Virus record (IMG/VR): IMGVR_UViG_3300003322_001075
Coordinates: 6,552-70,551 of that record
Source: a virus
Length of the DNA stretch: 64,000 nt
Strand: one strand, 5' to 3'
The translations under genes and the position numbers were made by a program. Of this stretch, positions 9,192 to 19,769 are shown in pieces; position 1 is the stretch's first letter; each line of letters opens with the position of its first letter. The notes beneath the pieces are model-generated. The model saw only the letters and a list, made by a program, of their open reading frames with translations. It ran no database searches and was not told where the DNA came from.

Positions 9192-11328
9192 GCTCATTGG
9201 ACTTTAAAAGTTCACGCATGTTGGCCCCCTGCTCTTTCATTGCTGTTTCCTGTAATTTGCCATCAATTTGAGCATTGGTTACATCCTTCTGCGTTTGGGC
9301 TGCCACTTCTGCATTCTGTGCTACTGATTGCTGTTGGACTTGTGCAGCAGCTTCTTCACGTTGTTGCGCCTGAATTTCTTTCTCTTCAAAGTAATTTTCA
9401 AGCTCAGCCATATTATTGAGTCTTTTTATCTTAATAAAATCCCTCATGCTCAATGCTCCGGCACCTGCCAGTTGGGCAGCGAATGATTTAATTTCTCTTT
9501 CATCGTCCTCAGTAATAATATCTTTGGGATCAAGATTAAGAAGAAAATCTTCAAACTGCATTTCTCTCAATGTTTCCATTGAAAGCAATGTTGTCATTGA
9601 GTCTCCTATAATAAGGGATAATTGCTCTTGTCCCTCAAGAGTCTCAGGCATTACAATTTTAGCGAGATCCGCGCTATATTCCAAAATGCGCTGAACCCAA
9701 TTAAACATGCTGCCATAATACCATTTAAGGCCTTTATTGGATTGTTGAATATTCGAACTTACCACATCTTTGGGCAGATATTGGCTCATTTGCCCCCTTG
9801 CAGTAGCTGGTATATTAAGAATATCTGCGATTACATTATCATAGTATTGGATTAATTGTAATATTATAGAAATACCAGGGTCCAAGCTAAGATCAATAGG
9901 CTCAATGAGTTTTTGCAGTTTGTCTGAATCCTCTTCATCAATATCGGCTCCTTCCATAACTACTACTTTGGCTTGTTTAAGCTGAGATATTAACTGTGGC
10001 GTTCTGAGTCCTTCAGGTAGTTTATTGGCATTAATGAAATATGATTTACCAATAGAGGAGGCTACCAGATCAATCATTTTAGTGGTAAACGCATCCTTTA
10101 GATCCTGAAATCTTTTTACCATATCTACTACTGATACTACGCATCCCAAAAGGGTATTTGGAGTCACTGTGATATAGCCCAATTCGCGTCTGCCATCATT
10201 GTGCTTATTCCAAATTTGTGTATCGGATATTTTTTGATCTCTCAGGTACTTATTACCAATAAGAATTCCCTCCCTAACAACTTCTGCCCATTTCCCATTA
10301 ACTTTTTCCATACTTCGCCACTTACCTTTAACACAGCATATTTTAGGTACACCATTATATATTTGCCACCAGGCAAGGCCATTAATATTGGTATAAGTAT
10401 TATATACAGACCAGTTGTTGTTATTAGAGGCCATATCCTTAATGTCCTTTATTTCATCTGTGGTCCATTCCCAGCGACTAAGAACATCAGCAACAGACAC
10501 CTCAAAAACTTCGCCTCCATAATCGTCCAATAAATGCTGATCATCATCCTTACTGCTATCAAAGATGGCTTTATGAGGCGGTACCAGGTGCCATTTAACT
10601 CTGTTATTATGCATGTAAATATCCATCATCGCCATCCCTCCTATGAATACATAGTTATTACCCTTGGCCAGCAGATTTCTATAGTTGTTCCGATAAGTTG
10701 TATCGACCGCAATTTGTTGATAGGCTATCTCCATTCCCTCTTGGAAACTTTCTATCTTTTTTTGAATAAAGTATTGATTTTCATAATTTTGGTCGATTGG
10801 ATTGAATTGGAAGCCGGATAGTTCCTGCATGAGTTGGTAGAACTGATCATGTTCGACCCTGGCTTTCAGTGCATCCTGCATCATCTTCTTTTTTGAAAGC
10901 ACATTTTCAGATCTACCGGATACATTGATCATCTTAGGAAGAAAATCAATCATATCCCTCCATTCTCCATCCATGGTATTATAATATTTCGTAATATCCA
11001 TACCACGAAACATTGGTGTCCTTATATCATTACCAGACTCGTCTTTAACAAAAAAACCATAAGTTGAAATTACTTGATTGCCAAATATGTATTGAACATT
11101 TTGGATATATTTCTTCGCGAATCCTATCTGTTGGTCGCTGAAGGCTCCATTAACATTTCCAGCATTAAGATTGAATGTGGGATTAACAATGAAACTGGTG
11201 TTTCTTATGTTCCATTGGGAGGCAATAAATCTCAAGGTGCGGAAATATATAGAATCTCCATATTCATCAACGGCCTGATCCGGGAATGCACTGACTGGTG
11301 ATAGATCTTCTGGTTGGGCAGCACTCAT
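9178..11328 (-). CDS. portal protein
   Basis: 716 aa, helical, adjacent to terminase, Gln-rich C-terminal coiled coil as in P22/crAss-type portals. Confidence 0.78.
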   Translation of the reverse strand: MSAAQPEDLSPVSAFPDQAVDEYGDSIYFRTLRFIASQWNIRNTSFIVNPTFNLNAGNVNGAFSDQQIGFAKKYIQNVQYIFGNQVISTYGFFVKDESGNDIRTPMFRGMDITKYYNTMDGEWRDMIDFLPKMINVSGRSENVLSKKKMMQDALKARVEHDQFYQLMQELSGFQFNPIDQNYENQYFIQKKIESFQEGMEIAYQQIAVDTTYRNNYRNLLAKGNNYVFIGGMAMMDIYMHNNRVKWHLVPPHKAIFDSSKDDDQHLLDDYGGEVFEVSVADVLSRWEWTTDEIKDIKDMASNNNNWSVYNTYTNINGLAWWQIYNGVPKICCVKGKWRSMEKVNGKWAEVVREGILIGNKYLRDQKISDTQIWNKHNDGRRELGYITVTPNTLLGCVVSVVDMVKRFQDLKDAFTTKMIDLVASSIGKSYFINANKLPEGLRTPQLISQLKQAKVVVMEGADIDEEDSDKLQKLIEPIDLSLDPGISIILQLIQYYDNVIADILNIPATARGQMSQYLPKDVVSSNIQQSNKGLKWYYGSMFNWVQRILEYSADLAKIVMPETLEGQEQLSLIIGDSMTTLLSMETLREMQFEDFLLNLDPKDIITEDDEREIKSFAAQLAGAGALSMRDFIKIKRLNNMAELENYFEEKEIQAQQREEAAAQVQQQSVAQNAEVAAQTQKDVTNAQIDGKLQETAMKEQGANMRELLKSNEPTNV

Positions 11329-11354
11329 TTTACTCTATGTTTGTACAAATATAA

Positions 11355-13193
11355 CTATTTTACCTTTTTTATGTATTCTTTAGTCTCCCATTGGGGAACC
11401 CCATTAATATAGCCCACAATGATTTCCATTTTAAAAACTTTCTGCTCCTTTGGTTTATCGCCTAATAAATCACCTGTTCTAAACCCATAAAGACATGCAA
11501 GAAAGCTATCCAGTTGATCGACATTTGTTCCATAAGGTTTTTCGCAATCTTCTAATAATTTTTTGAACTTAACCATTTGGGAATATTTTTTAAAATATGT
11601 ATTGGCTAGCTGATATTGCTTTTCAACCACTTCTTCTGTCCGGTGGAACCAAGGTTTTTTAGTATCTGTGTACCCTTTCATGCTTATATCCCACGCAGGA
11701 ATAAGTAGATTTTTAAGTCCTGTTTTTATAATATCACCCACCAAGACAGAACCTGTTGCATTCCTCTCACCGGTAATCATAGCATTCCCAAATTGATTAT
11801 AATACCTAAGCAAATCAATGGTAGTCATGAACGGTTCATCAAAGTCATTAGGCTTCATGTTATATGTTGCAATGGGGGCAAATTGTAGTTCGCTTTCCGG
11901 ATCAATTCCTTTCATAATCGTCAGGGAAAATTTAGACCGGCTGCTTGAGTCACTAGTTTCAGAAGTGGTAGATATGCTATCTACTCCTAAGATATATTTT
12001 ACTTCTGGCTTAGGGTGTTCTAGTATTATAATGTCTGATTTTTTGTTTGGATAGGCTGTGCATTCTCGTTTGCTGTCAATTTCGATAGAATATGAATGCA
12101 TGGGAGGGTTTTCACGAATAAGTGCTTTTTTTTGCTCATTTATTTTTTGTAGTGCAAAGTCACTGAATTTCCCACCTCTTCCAATTTCAAATATCTCATC
12201 AATATTAAGGGGGTTATTCTTGATGTAGGCCCTTAGCTTAGTTTTGTCAGGCAATTTATCTAATTCTGCCCGCCTTTGAAGTATTTCTTCTTCAGCCCGT
12301 TTATGATCGCTATGACCATTTATCATGTGCTTGCCATAGGTGGCAGAAACAAAAACAGGTCTTATTCTATAAGTAGAAGCGTTTTCCCAGACATCCTGAA
12401 TTCTTTGAACATCTTCAGGTTTTATAGTATCTTCGCAAGTTCCTCCATTAAGCAGCAATCCAGCCATGCGATTATTTTCATGATCCATGAAACACTCGAT
12501 GGCCGAATCGAAAAATATGCTAAACCTTTGCATTAACGGGGCTTCGTCAGCAAACCCATAAATAGCACCGGCCCCTGAGAAATTATTGGCAGCCTTATCG
12601 CTTTCTTGTGTATCTCTGCATAATAATTCACTTACCGCATATTTTTCTTGCTTTCGGTCATCCAGATATTTCATTCCGAGTTTAAGGAATGATTCGCTGG
12701 AGGTCTGATTTTTATTGACCAAATCTGGTTTAATATAAGGGTTCATTTCATCATAAGCTATCATCGTCTTGTCATTGAACAGCTTACCTAATGTTTTTTT
12801 GTCCCTGCTAGTAGCTATACAGGTAGACCCTGGCATTGTTCTAAAGAAATAAAATGGCATATTCATGCCTATTGAGCTCAAGCCTATTCCACGTCCCTTA
12901 ATAATAAATGGGGATTGTCCATTATCCATTGCAGCTTTCAGTTCATTGAAGATAAAAACATCAGCATCTCTTACTGTAGGATAATACAATTCCCCAGTGC
13001 GCCTGTTTTTGAGCATTATTTGGGTAGCGTAGAAATAAAGCATTCCATTAATATCCACATTGTATCCTTCAAGCCAGTATTTTTTTTCTTTGGCCCAATA
13101 TTTCTGTTCATCTAATGTGGTTTTAAATATATTTGGAATCTCTTTCCGTGTAAAAAAAGGGGCCGGATCTTTTATTTTATCTATGATAATCAT
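11355..13193 (-). CDS. terL: terminase large subunit
   Basis: Walker A-like IIKGRGIGLS, Walker B GFADE, GGT motif III, nuclease YILGVD and terminal D..D. Confidence 0.9.
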   Translation of the reverse strand: MIIIDKIKDPAPFFTRKEIPNIFKTTLDEQKYWAKEKKYWLEGYNVDINGMLYFYATQIMLKNRRTGELYYPTVRDADVFIFNELKAAMDNGQSPFIIKGRGIGLSSIGMNMPFYFFRTMPGSTCIATSRDKKTLGKLFNDKTMIAYDEMNPYIKPDLVNKNQTSSESFLKLGMKYLDDRKQEKYAVSELLCRDTQESDKAANNFSGAGAIYGFADEAPLMQRFSIFFDSAIECFMDHENNRMAGLLLNGGTCEDTIKPEDVQRIQDVWENASTYRIRPVFVSATYGKHMINGHSDHKRAEEEILQRRAELDKLPDKTKLRAYIKNNPLNIDEIFEIGRGGKFSDFALQKINEQKKALIRENPPMHSYSIEIDSKRECTAYPNKKSDIIILEHPKPEVKYILGVDSISTTSETSDSSSRSKFSLTIMKGIDPESELQFAPIATYNMKPNDFDEPFMTTIDLLRYYNQFGNAMITGERNATGSVLVGDIIKTGLKNLLIPAWDISMKGYTDTKKPWFHRTEEVVEKQYQLANTYFKKYSQMVKFKKLLEDCEKPYGTNVDQLDSFLACLYGFRTGDLLGDKPKEQKVFKMEIIVGYINGVPQWETKEYIKKVK

Positions 13194-13480
13194 TAAATTG
13201 CTTTAGATTGACTTTTTGATAGACGTTTATCCTCCTTGGTGATTTCAGGCAAAATAACAGCCATACCTTTGCTCATTGCTATCATAATTTTATCCGAATC
13301 CTTGGCAAGTGCAAATAAGGATTTCTGATAGGAATCGTCAAAGTCCAGCGATTTATTTTTAATATGGGTTGTTAACCCCTTTATTCCTTCTACAAGAGCA
13401 GTGTAGAATTCTGCTGCCGGAGAACCTTCATAAAAGGCCAATTTTTCCTCCAGCTCCTTTATTCTTTTTTCTGAGCTCAT
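13193..13480 (-). CDS. small protein upstream of terL (possible terminase small subunit)
   Basis: Position and helical character only. Confidence 0.4.
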   Translation of the reverse strand: MSSEKRIKELEEKLAFYEGSPAAEFYTALVEGIKGLTTHIKNKSLDFDDSYQKSLFALAKDSDKIMIAMSKGMAVILPEITKEDKRLSKSQSKAI

Positions 13481-13513
13481 AATTCTCTACATTTGAATAA
13501 AATAATTCAAATC

Positions 13514-14389
13514 GTGTTAATTCTTACTCCAAATTTAAGCCTTAACAGCCAAAATACCGCGAATTTTTATGATCTGACAACTGATAACGGTACTAATGGC
13601 TATGGCATTGATGGTAATATTACATATTCAGATATAAAAGCAATCCGGCTTCTTACCGCTGATTATAACACTTTAAATACTCCAAGCGTTCCTGCTGAGG
13701 GGGGATTTACTCAGTATGTACAATACATGAAAATATCCGGTTCGCCCGAATTAATTGATGGCAAGACTTTCAATGTCGGAGATATTTTTGTGCCTCAATC
13801 TACCGGTTTAACTACTGTATCTCCAGAAAATTGGGAAACAACGGGTTATTACGTATATCCGTTTCTGAATACTTGGCTACCAACAGCTGCTCAAACACCT
13901 TTAGAAATAAGTATTTCGCAATTAAATCAGTCAGGGAATACAATTGCCAATAATATCTATATATATGGATATGAGGTTTATTATAACCAACAAACTGACG
14001 ATTTTACGACTGTTGAAAACGCTACTTATATGTTAATCGGTGGAAGCGCCATTTATCTTGGGAATATGTATGTTTCAGGAGAAGTATTTACTGCAACTGA
14101 TAGCTCAGAGGCAATAGTTACAGGCACTGTGGTTCAATTGTATGCTTCCACCTCTGGATATGCTCCGTTAATTTATGAAATCCTTACCGGCATAAATGAT
14201 TTGACAGAACAGCAAATAGGATTAAATAATCAGGACCTTGTCCAACCGCAAGAAAATTATATACTGAAGCTGAGGACTAAGATTGAAGCTATTAACTATG
14301 CCTGTAAAACAAACAATGTTTCCATGCTTTATTGTTATGAGACAATTCAATATCTACAAGCCAGAATATCACAATTATTACACCCATGA
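13514..14389 (+). CDS. virion structural protein (paralogue of 7829-8683)
   Basis: Shared motifs with 7829-8683; probable GTG start at 13514 downstream of TACATTTG (13488-13495). Confidence 0.55.
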   Translation: MLILTPNLSLNSQNTANFYDLTTDNGTNGYGIDGNITYSDIKAIRLLTADYNTLNTPSVPAEGGFTQYVQYMKISGSPELIDGKTFNVGDIFVPQSTGLTTVSPENWETTGYYVYPFLNTWLPTAAQTPLEISISQLNQSGNTIANNIYIYGYEVYYNQQTDDFTTVENATYMLIGGSAIYLGNMYVSGEVFTATDSSEAIVTGTVVQLYASTSGYAPLIYEILTGINDLTEQQIGLNNQDLVQPQENYILKLRTKIEAINYACKTNNVSMLYCYETIQYLQARISQLLHP

Positions 14390-14661
14390 ATGATGATATA
14401 TTGTTAAGAGCCCAAATAAACATGTTTGATTCATTGATGTCGGTTTCAACGATATTGACAACCGAAATAACTCCTGAAATTGATCAAATAGAAATGGGTT
14501 GGGTTAGACAAAGTAATTTGATATATTTGCTGAGCAGCCCGTTTGCTACTGAAAAACAATTGGAATTGGCTGCTTCGGAGCTTGGAAGAATACAAGATAC
14601 GAGAATAAAACAGGATGGATATGCAGAAATTGGCTATTGGGATGGGGATTTTTCTCAATAA
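14386..14661 (+). CDS. small structural/hypothetical protein
   Basis: Coupled between the structural gene and the tail fibre. Confidence 0.55.
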   Translation: MNDDILLRAQINMFDSLMSVSTILTTEITPEIDQIEMGWVRQSNLIYLLSSPFATEKQLELAASELGRIQDTRIKQDGYAEIGYWDGDFSQ

Positions 14662-14664
14662 GCA

Positions 14665-17600
14665 ATGAGTATAGAAGTTAGTTTCAATTTACGTGAAGGG
14701 CAGAATTCGCCCTTGAGCACTCTACAGATTGATGAGAATTTTAAGCGTATAAAAGCCGCTTTTAGTCAAGTGCTCACAAGTGCAGGATCTGTTACGTCTG
14801 TAAGTGCGAGTGTTTTTACTGGATTGTCCGTAAATGTAAGCAGTCCTACTACTACGCCAAATATAGCAATAACAACTGCACTTAATGGATTTTTAAAAGG
14901 CAATGGTTCTGGATTTACTGCCCAGGCTTCCATTAACCTCGGATCAGACGTATCAGCAGTATTGCCTGTTGGGAATGGCGGATTAGGAAATAATACCTTT
15001 GCCTCAAACAGGGTGGTAGTGTATAATGGGGTGTATTTTGAGACCAGCTCGACTACAACCACACAATTATCTTATCTTAACAATGTTAGTGCTGATATTC
15101 AGACTCAATTAAGCCAAAAGAAAGATAATTTTACAGTACTTCCATATTCGCAAGGTGGAACTAATTATGCAGCTTCTTCCAGGCAAGATTTAATTAATAA
15201 TCTTACATCATCATCATCTGCTACTACTGATTATGTTCTTACAAGAGATTCTGGTGGGAATGCCGTATGGGCTGCAAATTCAGTTGCCGGAGTAAGTTCG
15301 CTGAATGGACTAACTGGAGATATTACACTTACAGTATCAAATACTGTAAATCCATTTGCATGGAGTGGTGATAATCTTAATATTCCATCAGCTACCGGGT
15401 CTGTGACCGGATTATTGACTAATACAGACTGGACCACATTTAATACAGTAACAACTAAACTAAGCCTCTCTGGAGGCACAGTAACCGGCCCTATTTTGTA
15501 TGCCGGTTATCCATCTTCAGGGAATGAATTGATCAATCTCAATTATATCACATCTGTTCTTAATGGATTAAAATATGTAACATCGGCCAATGCTGCTTCA
15601 ACTGCTAATGTAAACTTGGCTTCTGCCCCTTCTTCTATTGATGGTGTTACACTTTCAATAAATAACCGTGTTCTAATATGGCAACAAACAGATGCCAAAG
15701 AAAATGGGGTATACATTTTTAATGGTGTTGCTACCCCAATGACAAGGGCTACAGATGCTGATAGCTCATCGGAGCTTAATGCGCTTACTATATTTGTTCA
15801 AAGTGGCACAACAAATGGGAATCACACATATACACAAACTACTCCAAATCCGGTCATTGGTACAGATAATATCGTATTCGTTTTAAGCTCAACTTCTGGA
15901 ACATATACACAAGGAACCGGTATTTCGATAGTCGCTAATGTTATATCACTTGATACTACATATACCGACACGTTATACACTTCAAAGACATTAGCTTCTG
16001 CCAATATTTATGTAGGGAATATGTCGAATGTGGCTACGGCAGTTGCAATGGGCGGAGAGGCAAGCATTGACAATACGGGATCTGTAACTCTGGCAAATTC
16101 TGCTGTAATAGCTAAAGTATTAACAGGATTTACCTCAGGCGCAGGAACGGTCACAGCTTCTGATTCCATATTATCTGCATTCCAGAAAATTAATGGGAAT
16201 GTGGCTGGAATTGTTTCATCTCAATGGACCACTTTTGGAAGTGGAATCTATTACAATTCTGGATTTGTGGGCATGGGGACAAGTTCGCCTGTATCCACCT
16301 TACATAATGCAGGATCATTATCTTTGTCAAAAGGAACCAGTACAGGCTCAGGAAATTATACTGTTTTAAGCACTGACTTTTTACTTGACTGCTCGGCCGC
16401 GACCCTTCTAAACACAGCTGTTTACACTGTACCTCTTTCCACAGTAGTTGGATTGGGTAAAATATATGTATTCAATCACCCTTATCCTACTACTGTAAAT
16501 GGTGGAGCTGGGGCGGGGTTTGCCACTATTCAATTATCAGGTTCGGATAAGTTTAATGATGGCTCTGGATTATTGGCCTCTATTGTGATTAAATATGGGC
16601 AATGCATAACCCTCTATTCAAATGGAAATGGAACCTGGACATATTGGGTAGCATTTTCCGTTATAAATCTCACTACCAATAATTATCTATCCGGAGTTTT
16701 GCCTTATTCTTATGGTGGTACAGGACTTTCAGCACTTGGAACTGCTAATCAACAACTACGTGTAAATGCAGGAGCTACAGCCTTAGAGTATTTCACCCCT
16801 ACCTCTTTTGCGCTTACAAATGGTAGTGGTACTACAGCCAATAGCACCGCAGTTGACCTAGGAGGAACTTTAACATCTGCCGCTACGATCAACAGCAATA
16901 CTTTTGATTTAACAATAGCGCATTCAACCAGCAGCAGGAATACTAGGTTTACAGCAGCTGGAGATTTTAAGATCTGGAATGGTGTCACCAGCGGGGAGCC
17001 GGTTTTTTGGGTAAATCCTTCTGGATATAATTCATTGCCATCCTTAAGGCTAAATCCTTCTGGAGCAACATTTACACAGAATGGACTTTTGCATTTACGC
17101 GGTAGTGGTACTAGTTCCAACAATCTGTTTTATATGACAGATAGTGCAGGAACATTAAGATTGAGTTTAACAGAAAATGGTATCTTATCAACAAATAGGG
17201 TCGATTTTACCAGTACTGGGTCTGTTAACTCCAATGGATCTATACAAATATCAATGCTTGGCGCTAGTATCGGAGCATACATGGCCAATATTACAGGTCC
17301 GGGGTCATCAAATACTACAACAAATCATTCTTCTTTACTTATTAATGCAACTTATAGTCCGGCTTCAGGAAGCGCGGAATTTAATGGCATACAAACAGCA
17401 GTCACAATAAACCAAACGGGCTCATCCTCTGGAGTTGTCAGAGGATATTATCATAATCCTACTTTAACTTCTGTACTAGGGTCTCATAGAGCATGGGAAA
17501 ATACTACAGGTGATATGATAGTTGGTTCTACAAGCGGAAATTTTGCTGTTGGAACAACTAGCCCGCAAGCAAGAGCTCATATTGTTCAGGCTACGCTAGG

Positions 17601-18009
17601 AAATGAAGTGCTAAGGCTTGATAGCATTGCATCAAACGATGATCCTAGCGAAAGAACCTATCAGAATAAAGTAACAACTACAGATGCAACAGCAACAACT
17701 ATAGCCACCATTGCCATCCCATCATCTACAACAGTAATGATCGAAGCGAGGGTAACGGCAAGAAGGACTGGAGGAGCTTCTGGAACAGCTGAAGATAGTG
17801 CAGGATATATTATTGCTGCCGTATATAAAAATGTATCAGGGACTGCTACAGAAGTGGGAGAAACTGCTATATTTACAGCTGAAGATCAAGCTGGGTGGGA
17901 TTGTTCGGTTTCTCCATCTTCAGGAAATGCTCTTATCCGCGTTACAGGTGCTGCAAGTAATAACATTTCTTGGGTTATAACATATCGACTTTATCCTTTA
18001 TCAACATAA
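14665..18009 (+). CDS. tail fibre / receptor-binding protein
   Basis: 1114 aa, Ser/Thr/Gly-rich; LP..GGT repeats, V.SLNGLTGDITL, IDGVTL...RVL..Q.DAKENGVY and VG.GT.SP...LH fibre motifs. Confidence 0.8.
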   Translation: MSIEVSFNLREGQNSPLSTLQIDENFKRIKAAFSQVLTSAGSVTSVSASVFTGLSVNVSSPTTTPNIAITTALNGFLKGNGSGFTAQASINLGSDVSAVLPVGNGGLGNNTFASNRVVVYNGVYFETSSTTTTQLSYLNNVSADIQTQLSQKKDNFTVLPYSQGGTNYAASSRQDLINNLTSSSSATTDYVLTRDSGGNAVWAANSVAGVSSLNGLTGDITLTVSNTVNPFAWSGDNLNIPSATGSVTGLLTNTDWTTFNTVTTKLSLSGGTVTGPILYAGYPSSGNELINLNYITSVLNGLKYVTSANAASTANVNLASAPSSIDGVTLSINNRVLIWQQTDAKENGVYIFNGVATPMTRATDADSSSELNALTIFVQSGTTNGNHTYTQTTPNPVIGTDNIVFVLSSTSGTYTQGTGISIVANVISLDTTYTDTLYTSKTLASANIYVGNMSNVATAVAMGGEASIDNTGSVTLANSAVIAKVLTGFTSGAGTVTASDSILSAFQKINGNVAGIVSSQWTTFGSGIYYNSGFVGMGTSSPVSTLHNAGSLSLSKGTSTGSGNYTVLSTDFLLDCSAATLLNTAVYTVPLSTVVGLGKIYVFNHPYPTTVNGGAGAGFATIQLSGSDKFNDGSGLLASIVIKYGQCITLYSNGNGTWTYWVAFSVINLTTNNYLSGVLPYSYGGTGLSALGTANQQLRVNAGATALEYFTPTSFALTNGSGTTANSTAVDLGGTLTSAATINSNTFDLTIAHSTSSRNTRFTAAGDFKIWNGVTSGEPVFWVNPSGYNSLPSLRLNPSGATFTQNGLLHLRGSGTSSNNLFYMTDSAGTLRLSLTENGILSTNRVDFTSTGSVNSNGSIQISMLGASIGAYMANITGPGSSNTTTNHSSLLINATYSPASGSAEFNGIQTAVTINQTGSSSGVVRGYYHNPTLTSVLGSHRAWENTTGDMIVGSTSGNFAVGTTSPQARAHIVQATLGNEVLRLDSIASNDDPSERTYQNKVTTTDATATTIATIAIPSSTTVMIEARVTARRTGGASGTAEDSAGYIIAAVYKNVSGTATEVGETAIFTAEDQAGWDCSVSPSSGNALIRVTGAASNNISWVITYRLYPLST

Positions 18010-18011
18010 TT

Positions 18012-18269
18012 ATGAACTACATAATGAAAAGGTTTGTTTTTGATGGCAAACCAGAAATTGAAGTTACTGAAGACGAGAATCCTGTTTCATTGTATAAGCA
18101 GAATATAAATGTACTTGTCGAAACCTCAGATGGTAAAATTAGCCAATGGTTTCCAACTGTTGCAACTATCCCGATGCAGCAGTCCATTGATAATCTTAAT
18201 GATGTTCTTCAAATTATTACGGTACAGGCACAGCTATACGTAGACCAAAACTTTAATCAAAATGTGTAA
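18012..18269 (+). CDS. putative tail-fibre assembly protein
   Basis: Small ORF immediately after the fibre; ATG at 18012. Confidence 0.45.
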   Translation: MNYIMKRFVFDGKPEIEVTEDENPVSLYKQNINVLVETSDGKISQWFPTVATIPMQQSIDNLNDVLQIITVQAQLYVDQNFNQNV

Positions 18270-18290
18270 ATACTTCCATATCTTTGAAGT

Positions 18291-19769
18291 ATGGCAGATT
18301 TAAATGTTGGACAAGCAATAGCTTTAGACACCAAGGCTACGCCTTATTCCGGCTCCCCTATTACTCAGGGATTGAGACTTCGTGAATTCAATCAATTAAA
18401 ACAAGCCGAACTTGAGGCAAGAAAACAGGCCAAAGAACAAAAACGCAGGGATATGCTGGCAAAATTCACCAGTGTTAAGCCTATAAATGGCATTCATCCT
18501 GCTTTTACTCAAGAAAACATAAAACTGGCCAATGAGGCCAACATGATTCTTACTGATCCAACGGCAACACCTGCTGAAAAAGCAATGGCAAAATCAGAAA
18601 TTGCCGGACAAATGATCTTGTACTCCAATTATGGCAAGGAATTGAATGATTTTGGAGCTCATATCCGTAATAGACAGAATCTTTCTTATAAGGGGCTTCC
18701 AGACTTTCTAAACATTAAAAATATTTCCGAGCTACCTGATAAGGTTAACAAATACGATAATGAAGACAGGCTTATTATGTCCGGAGCCTACAATTTTACT
18801 CCTGATGGGCTTCCTTATGTGGAAACACCTTTGAAAAGGCAAAATGTATCGGATGTATTTACCAAAGCTCTTGCCAGGGAAACCGCCCTTTCTGACTACG
18901 ATATAGTTAATAAAACCAAGAATTTTACTGATGTAAAACAGTCATTGGATCAAAACAGGATAAATAATCTGGTTGAAAATCTTGTTGTTGATGATCCTAA
19001 TCTGGCCTACCAGCTTAGATTTGATAATGAACAGTTAACGAAGAAAATTTTAAGGGAAGAAAGGTTAGCAAATCCACGGTTAACCGATGAAGAATTAATG
19101 CTTGAAGTAGATAAGAGACTCGCCAGGGAGATAGGTGGAAAATATTATTCCGATAAATATGGATTAAGAACTAATCCAAAGGATGTGAATATGAGTGGTT
19201 ACACGGTGAATGGTAAGACTTTCAATCCAAGTCTTACTATCCCTGAGCAAAACCTTGATGCTTATCTCAAAGCCGGAGTTATTACTGCTGAAGAAGCAGA
19301 TTATTACAAAACAGCCTTAAAAACAAATCCTGATATTGCAAACCAAGCATTGGACAATCTTCCTGATCTTATTGCGATAGATCCTCCTAACACCGGAACA
19401 TTTACTATTAAAGATGAATCTGGCAAAACTTTTAAAGCGGATAATTTAAAAGCCGTCTATGTTCCTAAAACATCAAATGGTAAGGGTGGACAATGGTTTA
19501 TGATAGGTAACATGCCCGGTCCCAAAGGGAAAAATACTATTGTTACAATTCCTATCAATGAACGTACATATGGGAATATAATTTCTGTATATGGTAAAAT
19601 GGATGAGGATGATATTGAAGGATTATTCAATAAAAGAATGCAGGATGCTGGCATAACTAATGATAAGTTTGATATTAGCCCATTAAAGCCTCAAATTCCA
19701 GCAAAAAAACAAGGCACAGTAATAAAGCGAAAGTATAACCCAAAAACCGGCAAGTTCGAAAATGGATGA
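18291..19769 (+). CDS. putative ejection (internal virion) protein
   Basis: 492 aa with N-terminal coiled coil, coupled to the giant protein. Confidence 0.5.
   Translation: MADLNVGQAIALDTKATPYSGSPITQGLRLREFNQLKQAELEARKQAKEQKRRDMLAKFTSVKPINGIHPAFTQENIKLANEANMILTDPTATPAEKAMAKSEIAGQMILYSNYGKELNDFGAHIRNRQNLSYKGLPDFLNIKNISELPDKVNKYDNEDRLIMSGAYNFTPDGLPYVETPLKRQNVSDVFTKALARETALSDYDIVNKTKNFTDVKQSLDQNRINNLVENLVVDDPNLAYQLRFDNEQLTKKILREERLANPRLTDEELMLEVDKRLAREIGGKYYSDKYGLRTNPKDVNMSGYTVNGKTFNPSLTIPEQNLDAYLKAGVITAEEADYYKTALKTNPDIANQALDNLPDLIAIDPPNTGTFTIKDESGKTFKADNLKAVYVPKTSNGKGGQWFMIGNMPGPKGKNTIVTIPINERTYGNIISVYGKMDEDDIEGLFNKRMQDAGITNDKFDISPLKPQIPAKKQGTVIKRKYNPKTGKFENG

Noticed and set aside
14665-18009. 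Diversity-generating retroelement or invertible fibre cassette
   Set aside because: No reverse transcriptase, template/variable repeat pair or flanking inverted repeats seen
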